Source of the DNA: an archaeon | GTDB taxonomy: Archaea > Nanobdellota > Nanobdellia > Woesearchaeales > GCA-2686295 | NCBI GenBank assembly: GCA_043817405.1 | Contig: JBDRGV010000036.1 | Coordinates: forward strand, 1-59,004 | Length of the DNA stretch: 59,004 bases | Reading direction: 5' to 3' | Shown: piece after piece, positions 52,218 to 59,004 of the stretch | Numbering within the stretch: position 1 is the first letter of the stretch | Layout: every line of letters starts with the position of its first letter | Notes under the pieces: generated by a model | The model's input: the letters and a program-made list of their open reading frames with translations, nothing else | What the model was told of the DNA's origin: nothing | Database searches by the model: none | Translations under genes and position numbers: made by a program

Positions 52218-54491
52218 CTATCTTTTTTTCTTTTTGACCTTCTTATTCACCCTTTTATTCATTGGAGGATTTCTTATTTTCTTCCAAGCAATAATTGTTA
52301 AGAATATGAAACCTAAGAAAACCAGTAATAGGTTCCAGTACCAACATATCTTACTGTAAACATTGAATAAAGTTAGTTTTTCTCTGTGTACAACTTCTAA
52401 TGTTATAGCGGGACTGCGAGCGAATGATCCTTTATCATCGGTTGCTATGAGCACAACGCTAGTTGTTCCATACCAATCTTCGGCAGGTGTAAATACTATT
52501 TGTCTGTTTTCAACGGTCATTTCAACATACTCATTTTCTCTAAGTAAACTTAGTTTAACTTCATCTTCAGAGTCAGGATCCGAAACAAAAGCATCCATTT
52601 CAACCTGGTGTTGTTTTCCTTCCAGCCATATGAAATGAGTGGCGTTTTCTTCTGAGTAATCTGTTGGTTCGTGTAGATGTGGTGGTCCGGTGTAAATAAA
52701 CACTAGGAATGCCAGACCTATGAAAAGCAATAGCATAATCAATATTGATATCCAAAATGGTATTTTCTTTAATTTTCTTGGAGTTTTTTTAAGGAACACT
52801 GCAAACAATAATATTACAAACACTCCTATGACTAATATGATTGTTGCTAATTGACATGGTTTTCCTGAGAAATAATTATATGTTTTCAAACACAATGGTT
52901 TATCTTTCAATGAAACCGTTAGCTCGTGTGAATAAACTAAATCACCCATTATAATGTTAATATTGGTTGGGTAATCTCCAAATGCGATTTCATCTGAGTG
53001 AGAAGACAGTATTGCTACTGATTTTGTTTCTCCTGAACCAAGAGTTATTCTTGTTTGATTAAGTTCTAACCATGGCTCGGATTCTAATTCTAATTTGTAA
53101 GTGTTCTCGTTTCTTCCTTTATTTGTTAATTCAATTATTGGGTTGTCTTGTAAATCTCTTCTTATGGAGTATTTCTTTTTTGCAATGTCCACATAATTAC
53201 AGGTTCCCTGTGATACAACTTTAACGGTTGTGTGGTCACTAAAAGAAACACCAGTTTCCAAAGTGGCTGTTATTAACAATTCATATTCTGCATCTAAATC
53301 TTCAGGCTGCATGGTTATTTTATTAATTCCTTCATCGCCCGACTCCAGGTAAAAAGTATCTCTCCAAAGATTCATCCAATCAGGTGATATTTCAAAATTT
53401 ATCGTTTCTGCATTTCGACCCAAGTTTTTAACCGTTACTTCAATCTCTTTTTTTTGACTGCAGAATTCCAATTCTTTCTCCATTATTTCAATTTCAATGT
53501 TATAACAATCAGACACCTTCAAAGTCACTTCTTGTTCTTGAGATAGGTCTCCATAGGCTGTTTTTGAAACAATTGTAAAATTATACTCACCTGTGTGCTG
53601 GCCTTCTTTAATATCAAAAGTTAAGTTCAGATAATCTACGGCGTTACCTTCTAATTCAAATATGTTTTGACTTAGCTTTACAAAAGAAGGTGCACCTACT
53701 AATTCTAAATAATAATAATTAGGGGTTTCAACGTTATTCTCTAAAACCATTTGTACAGGTTCAAAATTTTCTTCACATAGTTCAATATCTTCTTCAATAT
53801 CTAAAGTGTATCCGTAGTATTGATTAATCATAAGGTCATGTTCAAGCTTTGCTCTAAGCTGGTTATTCTCAGCTGTTACAAAAAAAGATACTTGTGTTTC
53901 ACCATAAACATCACAAGTCAATAGTAGTTCTGCGTCCACGTTTATCTTTTCGTCTGCTTCTAATTTGACTTCCGTGGTTGAAAAGTTAATGAATTCTTCT
54001 AAATCTGAAATGATAGTGTATGTTTCTGTAAATGTCCCTGTGTTTTCTATGGATATAGTATAATCTACAGGCTTGCAAGGGTTTACTTCTTCACCATCAA
54101 CATATAGTTTAGTATCAATGTTCAAACATTGTCCAGCAATAATTTCTTTAGTGAATTCCTTATTGTCACCTTTATCGCTTTTAATTTCTATTTTAAGAGT
54201 TTTTGTAAAGCTATCACAGGGAGAATTTATTAATAATCCCACTTCTTTAATCTCTCCTGGTGCTAATGAAAATTTAGAATCTTTTATTTCAACAAACTTC
54301 AGATTAGATAATAAAGTGTAGGTTGTTTTATCTGATCCAGTGTTCTTTATTTGAAATGAATCTTCCAATGTTGAACATCTGCAAAGACTTATAACATCTT
54401 CACCTGGTTGTATTGCGAATTCTGCGCTTACAAAATTAACCAAGTATAGAAATGTAAATAGAATAATTGCTAGTTTTAATATGTGTTTCAT
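52218..54491 (-). CDS. Large surface protein: signal peptide, ~540-aa Ig-like/CARDB-like ectodomain, two central TM helices, a second small ectodomain, and a terminal TM
   Basis: Signal LAIILFTFLYLVNFVSA. TM helices LATIILVIGVFVILLFAVFL, IPFWISILIMLLLFIGLAFLVFIY and WNLLLVFLGFIFLTIIAW. The second ectodomain FVSDPDSEDEV...TPAEDWYGTTSVVLIATDDKG is cadherin/Big-like. Confidence 0.75.
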   Translation of the reverse strand: MKHILKLAIILFTFLYLVNFVSAEFAIQPGEDVISLCRCSTLEDSFQIKNTGSDKTTYTLLSNLKFVEIKDSKFSLAPGEIKEVGLLINSPCDSFTKTLKIEIKSDKGDNKEFTKEIIAGQCLNIDTKLYVDGEEVNPCKPVDYTISIENTGTFTETYTIISDLEEFINFSTTEVKLEADEKINVDAELLLTCDVYGETQVSFFVTAENNQLRAKLEHDLMINQYYGYTLDIEEDIELCEENFEPVQMVLENNVETPNYYYLELVGAPSFVKLSQNIFELEGNAVDYLNLTFDIKEGQHTGEYNFTIVSKTAYGDLSQEQEVTLKVSDCYNIEIEIMEKELEFCSQKKEIEVTVKNLGRNAETINFEISPDWMNLWRDTFYLESGDEGINKITMQPEDLDAEYELLITATLETGVSFSDHTTVKVVSQGTCNYVDIAKKKYSIRRDLQDNPIIELTNKGRNENTYKLELESEPWLELNQTRITLGSGETKSVAILSSHSDEIAFGDYPTNINIIMGDLVYSHELTVSLKDKPLCLKTYNYFSGKPCQLATIILVIGVFVILLFAVFLKKTPRKLKKIPFWISILIMLLLFIGLAFLVFIYTGPPHLHEPTDYSEENATHFIWLEGKQHQVEMDAFVSDPDSEDEVKLSLLRENEYVEMTVENRQIVFTPAEDWYGTTSVVLIATDDKGSFARSPAITLEVVHREKLTLFNVYSKICWYWNLLLVFLGFIFLTIIAWKKIRNPPMNKRVNKKVKKKKR

Positions 54492-54548
54492 CTTACCTCA
54501 GCGTCCCCAACGCCTTTTAAAAAAAAATAAGAAAAAAAAGAAAAAAAA

Positions 54549-55817
54549 TTAGTAATAGGTTTGTGTTCCTTCGTCGTCATGACTTCTTAGCTTGTTGAAG
54601 CCAATTATCAATCCGATTATGATAAGGATTATCACAAGCACAACAAGTGCAATTTCTAATCCTTTCTTTAGACCATCGTTATTTTCTAAAGCCGTAACGT
54701 TTGCGGTCAAAGGAATACTTTCTGAGTCTGCTCCTGAAGAAACTGTTGCAATAAATATTTTTTCTCCTGAAGCGTCTTCGTCAGCTTTCACATACAAGAA
54801 CACTGTTTTTGTTTCGCCAGCTGGTACTACTACAACTGATGATGGTGAAACTCTGCTAGTGCCCCAATCTTCAACTCCTGAGATTGTTACTGTGAAAATC
54901 TTTGAAGCTGCACCTTCGTTTGAAATAACGATTGGGTATGCAATTTCATTTCCTGCGGTAACTTCTTGTTTCCCTGGAACTGTGACAACTGTTTTGTCTT
55001 TGTCATCATTTTTAGCGCTGACTGAACATGAATCACCTTCTAGAACTATTATTGAAGTTCTTTCTGTGGTTGACTCGTACTCATCAAATTCTGCTGTTAT
55101 CTCAACATCATAGACGCCTGGTTTTGTACATTCAGGTACTCTAAGTAAGAATTCTTCTAGTGTTTCCTTTTCGTCTGCATCTAGTGAATCCAAATACTCT
55201 GAGTCTCTAACGTTTAAATCAGGTATGGCTATGGTGACTTTAACGTCATCCAAGTCTTTATCTCCGATGTTTTGAACTCTAACCATTGCGGTAAATGCTC
55301 TTCCTGCATTAATCATTGATGAAGGACTGAATGAGTAATCTTTAATAATTACTGCACTGGCTTCGTCAACGCCGACAACGTGAAGTTGGTAAATATATTC
55401 TTGTGAGATACCATCTTCATCTCCAACTCTGATTCTTAACAAGGTATACTTCTTATCCATTTTTAATGGAATTTGAAGATCCAAGTCAATACTATCAACA
55501 TCTCCTGTTGACATATCAAAAGTTTTTGATGTTGCGGAAACAAGTTCAGATTCTCTATCTGCATACTCATATCCGTAGATGTCTGCTTCTACTTGTACAT
55601 TAGACAAATCATCCAATGCTTTAACCCTGACTTTTATTTCAAGGTTTTCTCCTTTCTCAACTTGCAAGTTGTTGTCATGAATACCGACTGCTGCTTGATC
55701 AAATTCTTCGCCGTTAATCTTAACATACAAAACATCCAAGTCACTTGTGCTTGCACTAACAATATTAAATGCTAGTAAAGCGACAATCATCAAAACAAAT
55801 AGTTTTGTTACGTTCAT
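54549..55817 (-). CDS. Secreted CARDB/COG1361-like multi-domain protein with a C-terminal TM anchor
   Basis: Signal LFVLMIVALLAFNIVSA. VQNIGDKDLDDVKVTI and ISNEGAASKIFTVTI strands. C-terminal TM IALVVLVIILIIIGLIIGF. Confidence 0.75.
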   Translation of the reverse strand: MNVTKLFVLMIVALLAFNIVSASTSDLDVLYVKINGEEFDQAAVGIHDNNLQVEKGENLEIKVRVKALDDLSNVQVEADIYGYEYADRESELVSATSKTFDMSTGDVDSIDLDLQIPLKMDKKYTLLRIRVGDEDGISQEYIYQLHVVGVDEASAVIIKDYSFSPSSMINAGRAFTAMVRVQNIGDKDLDDVKVTIAIPDLNVRDSEYLDSLDADEKETLEEFLLRVPECTKPGVYDVEITAEFDEYESTTERTSIIVLEGDSCSVSAKNDDKDKTVVTVPGKQEVTAGNEIAYPIVISNEGAASKIFTVTISGVEDWGTSRVSPSSVVVVPAGETKTVFLYVKADEDASGEKIFIATVSSGADSESIPLTANVTALENNDGLKKGLEIALVVLVIILIIIGLIIGFNKLRSHDDEGTQTYY

Positions 55818-56002
55818 TTTTTTCTACCCCCGTTGGTGGTTTTTTATCAAAAAGAAAAGTTTCTTGACGAAGCTTTTCATTTGAATATGAAAACAAACCA
55901 AATATATAAAGGTTTCGCTTGTTTTTTCACTCTTGAATGAAAACTTTTTGAAATCCTCTTAATTTAGCAACTCTCATCTAATTTTTAGCAGTCGCATCCT
56001 GT

Positions 56003-58459
56003 TTATGAATCTTTTATCATAACAGGTACATATTTAGTTTTTCTCAGGTCTTTGTTACTCGCGTAGATGTTCAGATAATACTCATCTGGATCTACATCTT
56101 CTGGAATATACATATAACTTTGGACAGTTTTTCTTTTGCCCGCATTAATATCAATTATACTAAATCTTTGATCAATCCCTAATTCAGGAAACATTGCTCC
56201 AACAACTAAATTATTTATTTTTTTGTTACCAATGTTTTCGAAAGTTATACTAACCAACATTTCTTCTCCTGAAAGGACTCCATAATAATCATATCCAAAA
56301 ATATCTACTTTTGTGATTTTTAATGCCAAATCATTGCCATCATCATCTTCTGTGAATTCTGTTTCATCGTTTGGTCCATCACAACCTTTATCTCTTGGAT
56401 AATCTATGTAACCATTATTATCATTATCAATTCCGTCTCGACACTCTGGAACATGAACATAGTTATACTCATCATCATCAGTCAAACTATCACAACCAGG
56501 ATCAGAAGGAAAATCAATCAAACCATCACCATCATTATCAATGCCATCACTACACTGATAAACTATAATTGGATCATTGTATTCATCGTCATCTTCTGTG
56601 CTTTCACAACCAGGATCATTAGGATAATCAATTAACCCATCATTATCATTATCAATTCCGTCTCGACACTCTGGAACATGAACATAGTTATACTCATCAT
56701 CATCAGTCAAACTATCACAACCAGGATCAGAAGGAAAATCAATCAAACCATCACCATCATTATCCAAACCATCACTACACTGATAAACTATAATTGGATC
56801 ATTGTATTCATCGTCATCTTCTGTGCTTTCACAACCAGGATCATTAGGATAATCAATCAAACCATCATTATCATTATCAATGCCATCTGAACATTCGTAA
56901 ATTGGTTGCTCATACTCGATTGCGTTGAATGCAATACAGTAGTAGGTTTCTCCTTCTTCTAATGGATTAATAAAATCATAATTATCATATACTCCAACAT
57001 CATCATGACAGTACATTTCTGCACTTCTGGAACCGAGTTGAGTTCCTGTGAATGTGACATATCTGTCTTGGAAAGCTTCTCTCACCCAAATTTTATTGTT
57101 TTCTTCAAAATCGATTTCGACAGAAGTCATTCCATATCTGTTTGTTGGTCCGAATGTATGCCAGTTTCCACCGTTTACTTCGCCAACGTTGTTTCCTGGA
57201 TTAGTTACTTCGCCTTGAAATCCCCATTGAAACTTCCAATCTTCTTCCAACCAGCAGTCATCAGAATTCGCATTTACAAAATCCTGTGCGGTTGTTGAAG
57301 TAATATCAGGTCCGAAGAATCCCCAGTTAGGTAAACTTGTTTCATAATCACAAACTACTTTGTGAGCTATAATTGTAATTGGTTCTTTTGGTTCTGGGTC
57401 TACACAAGCACCTGCTTGACATATTCTGTCCGGACCACAATTATAATCATAATCAACTATTTTACCTTCTTCACAATTGTACTCATGCAAAACAGTACCA
57501 CTTACACAATAGTCGGTTCCAAAATAACTTGAGTCCCAGATATTTGGTAAATAAGGATTCGGGTTAAGGTCACAATCTTTTATACAAATAGTTCCTTTTG
57601 TTCCATGGTTTCTTCCACCATCATCATAACCTGGTATGTCTGCACATTCAGGTTCTGGTTCAGGTGTTACACAAGCACCATTATCACAAATCATCCCATA
57701 TTCAGAACAATCATAAACATATTCTGCATATTCTTCATTAACACAAATAAACTCTTGCAAATGATAGTCGCCAATACAAAAATCAGTTCCTAATAATCTT
57801 TCATTATTGTAAACTTGACCTTTAGTACCTTTATTAGCACCTGAGTCAGTATCTAAAGTACACTCTGGTTCAGGTTCTGGTTGTCCTTCAGGAACATTGA
57901 AACCAATGCAATGATATATTTCTCCTGCTTCTTGATTAATAAGTCCTTCATAATTATCATAATTCATAACGTCTGTCTGACAGTAGAATTCTGCACTAAC
58001 ATCGTCTAGTTCAGCAGATGTGGACCATCCGCCTGTTGATGAGAACGGTAAATAATCGCCCTTCATTACTTGTCTTATCCAGACTTGTGTTGTTGGATTT
58101 TGAACAACCATTAAAGTTCTTCCATAGACATTTGTTGGATTGGAAATTGTCCAATCAGGTACATGTGCTCTGTTGTCATAAGGGTTAGTCATTCCTGCTT
58201 CTAATAATTTCCATTCAAACTGCCAATTAGCTGCAAAATCACATCCTTCTGTTGTATCAACAAATGTTTGTGCAGTAGTGCCATCAATATTATGTCTGTT
58301 TATTCCCCAGTTAGGTAGCAAGTTCTCGTTTTCACACACAATTGCGTGAGCGATTATTGTTATTTCTCCTGTTGCATTAACAGGCGCTGTTAGTATTACT
58401 AATAATAGAATCAAGACTATCATGCTTGAAATTGTTCTTTTCAGGAAGGTCATATTCAT
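56003..58459 (-). CDS. Secreted modular protein: duplicated N-terminal domain, Cys-rich EPEPEC modules, five Asp-rich CxDGxDNDxDGxxD (MopE/thrombospondin-type-3-like) modules, CARDB-like C-terminus
   Basis: The ATG at 58459 gives MNMTFLKRTISSMIVLILLLVILTAPVNA, a signal peptide; the ORF-track start at 58525 adds 22 aa with no signal-like character. Repeats include CSDGIDNDNDGLIDYPNDPGCESTEDDDEYN. Confidence 0.75.
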   Translation of the reverse strand: MNMTFLKRTISSMIVLILLLVILTAPVNATGEITIIAHAIVCENENLLPNWGINRHNIDGTTAQTFVDTTEGCDFAANWQFEWKLLEAGMTNPYDNRAHVPDWTISNPTNVYGRTLMVVQNPTTQVWIRQVMKGDYLPFSSTGGWSTSAELDDVSAEFYCQTDVMNYDNYEGLINQEAGEIYHCIGFNVPEGQPEPEPECTLDTDSGANKGTKGQVYNNERLLGTDFCIGDYHLQEFICVNEEYAEYVYDCSEYGMICDNGACVTPEPEPECADIPGYDDGGRNHGTKGTICIKDCDLNPNPYLPNIWDSSYFGTDYCVSGTVLHEYNCEEGKIVDYDYNCGPDRICQAGACVDPEPKEPITIIAHKVVCDYETSLPNWGFFGPDITSTTAQDFVNANSDDCWLEEDWKFQWGFQGEVTNPGNNVGEVNGGNWHTFGPTNRYGMTSVEIDFEENNKIWVREAFQDRYVTFTGTQLGSRSAEMYCHDDVGVYDNYDFINPLEEGETYYCIAFNAIEYEQPIYECSDGIDNDNDGLIDYPNDPGCESTEDDDEYNDPIIVYQCSDGLDNDGDGLIDFPSDPGCDSLTDDDEYNYVHVPECRDGIDNDNDGLIDYPNDPGCESTEDDDEYNDPIIVYQCSDGIDNDGDGLIDFPSDPGCDSLTDDDEYNYVHVPECRDGIDNDNNGYIDYPRDKGCDGPNDETEFTEDDDGNDLALKITKVDIFGYDYYGVLSGEEMLVSITFENIGNKKINNLVVGAMFPELGIDQRFSIIDINAGKRKTVQSYMYIPEDVDPDEYYLNIYASNKDLRKTKYVPVMIKDS
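56410..56890. repeat. Near-perfect 225-nt tandem repeat (about 2.1 copies) inside the 56003..58459 gene
   Basis: TTCCGTCTCG occurs at 56431-56440 and 56656-56665, a period of 225 nt. The flanking ~200 nt are almost identical. The spurious + strand ORFs at 56453 and 56678 share their first 29 residues. Confidence 0.85.
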
Positions 58460-58624
58460 TTTTTGTTGCCTCTCTTTACTTGAAATTTTATTATCATATC
58501 TTAAACGATTACAAATAGAAATCAAATTAACTTTATAAACCTTTACTTTTTTACTATTGTTTAGTGATAACCAATAATAATTGTTTCAGACAAACTTTAA
58601 ATACAAACAAACATTAACACAAAT

Positions 58625-59004
58625 ATGATTACAATAATAGGCGGCGGACCAATTGGTTGCTACTCGGCTGCGTTGTTGGCAAAAAACAACGAAGTCAAAC
58701 TATATGAAGAAAACGAAGAAATAGGTAAACCAATACAATGCACGGGCATCCTGAGTCAAACAATCAATGAAATAATGAAAATAAAAAAAGATTTTGTAGC
58801 CAATAAAGTTTATGGAACAAGAATATATTCTCCAAACAAAAAAAGCATAAGAGTGAATTTCAAAAAGCCCAATATAATAGTATATAGAAACAAATTTGAT
58901 CAACATTTTCGAGATCTTGCACTGAATCAAGGCGTTGAAATATTTCACAACCAAAGATTCGTTGGTAAAAAAGAAATTCTGAATCTTAAAACAAGAAGAA
59001 AAAA
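58625..59004 (+). CDS. FAD-dependent geranylgeranyl-reductase-family oxidoreductase (3' end beyond the window)
   Basis: The ATG at 58625 gives MITIIGGGPIGCYSAALLAKNNEVKLYEENEEIGKPIQCTGIL, a GxGxxG Rossmann motif. The frame is open to the window end. It is absent from the ORF track because it has no stop. Confidence 0.65.
   Translation, partial: MITIIGGGPIGCYSAALLAKNNEVKLYEENEEIGKPIQCTGILSQTINEIMKIKKDFVANKVYGTRIYSPNKKSIRVNFKKPNIIVYRNKFDQHFRDLALNQGVEIFHNQRFVGKKEILNLKTRRK

Noticed and set aside
56410-56890. Regularly spaced repeats that could be mistaken for a CRISPR array
   Set aside because: The period is 225 nt with no unique spacers, the repeats lie in frame inside a long ORF and encode Asp-rich protein modules, and there are no cas genes.
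58460-58525. The N-terminal 22 aa of ORF 56003..58525
   Set aside because: A typical signal peptide begins at the internal Met (MNMTFLKRTISSMIVLILLLV...). The extension has no support.
1-59004. Prophage, integrative element, transposon or defence island (integrase, transposase, Cas, restriction-modification, toxin-antitoxin pairs)
   Set aside because: I recognised no integrase, transposase, Cas or restriction-enzyme motif in any ORF. The RHH genes have no adjacent toxin. The tRNA-flanking repeats enclose only about 60-90 nt, not a large element.

Overview
AT-rich archaeal chromosomal window. The archaeal call rests on archaeal-type Mre11, RFC large subunit, archaeal/eukaryal-type GlyRS, Taw3, a FlaI/FlaJ-type ATPase and platform pair, a geranylgeranyl-reductase-like gene, a tRNA-Trp with an intron at 37/38, and TTTATATA boxes about 21-26 nt upstream of many start codons. 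A small-genome DPANN-like host is only my inference. I support about 60 protein genes and 3 tRNAs (Thr-UGU, Phe-GAA, Trp-CCA with intron). I found no rRNA, CRISPR array, cas gene, integrase or transposase.

Gene blocks in order:
- 1-9.7 kb: surface-protein island with a Cys-rich TM protein, two tiny RHH genes coupled to a 1311-aa cadherin-like protein very rich in N-glycosylation sequons, then MoxR / DUF58 / vWA / divergent PAP2.
- 10.4-15.2 kb: PadR plus a MacB-type ABC module with a CARDB-like protein.
- 16.5-17.4 kb: two PRC-barrel genes.
- 17.8-24.6 kb: glycogen cluster (GalT-like, eukaryote-type GT3 glycogen synthase, GH57, GT4/5).
- 27.8-29.9 kb: beta-propeller plus KaiC-like ATPase.
- 30.6-33.5 kb: NTase, Nudix, then a coupled MazG-Nudix-Mre11 unit.
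- 33.5-38.2 kb: Taw3, CorA, AsnRS, and a bacterial-type AspRS lacking the GAD insertion.
- 38.3-45.8 kb: three tandem multi-TM paralogs, two coiled-coil genes, and an oversized FlaI-like ATPase and FlaJ-like platform with no visible pilin or prepilin peptidase.
- 46-51 kb: OB-fold protein, GlyRS, RFC-L, PEBP, GTPase.
- 52.2-58.5 kb: three large secreted proteins, one carrying a near-perfect 225-nt tandem repeat.

The most unusual signal is non-coding. Each of the three tRNA genes is preceded on the + strand by a copy of its own terminal 10-23 nt, followed by a related A/T-armed palindromic hairpin with a GGCGCGCC or GGGCGTCGCC core. At Phe and Trp the geometry is almost identical (repeat spacing 104 and 108 nt), and a short stem flanking the palindrome changes in a compensatory way between the two loci.
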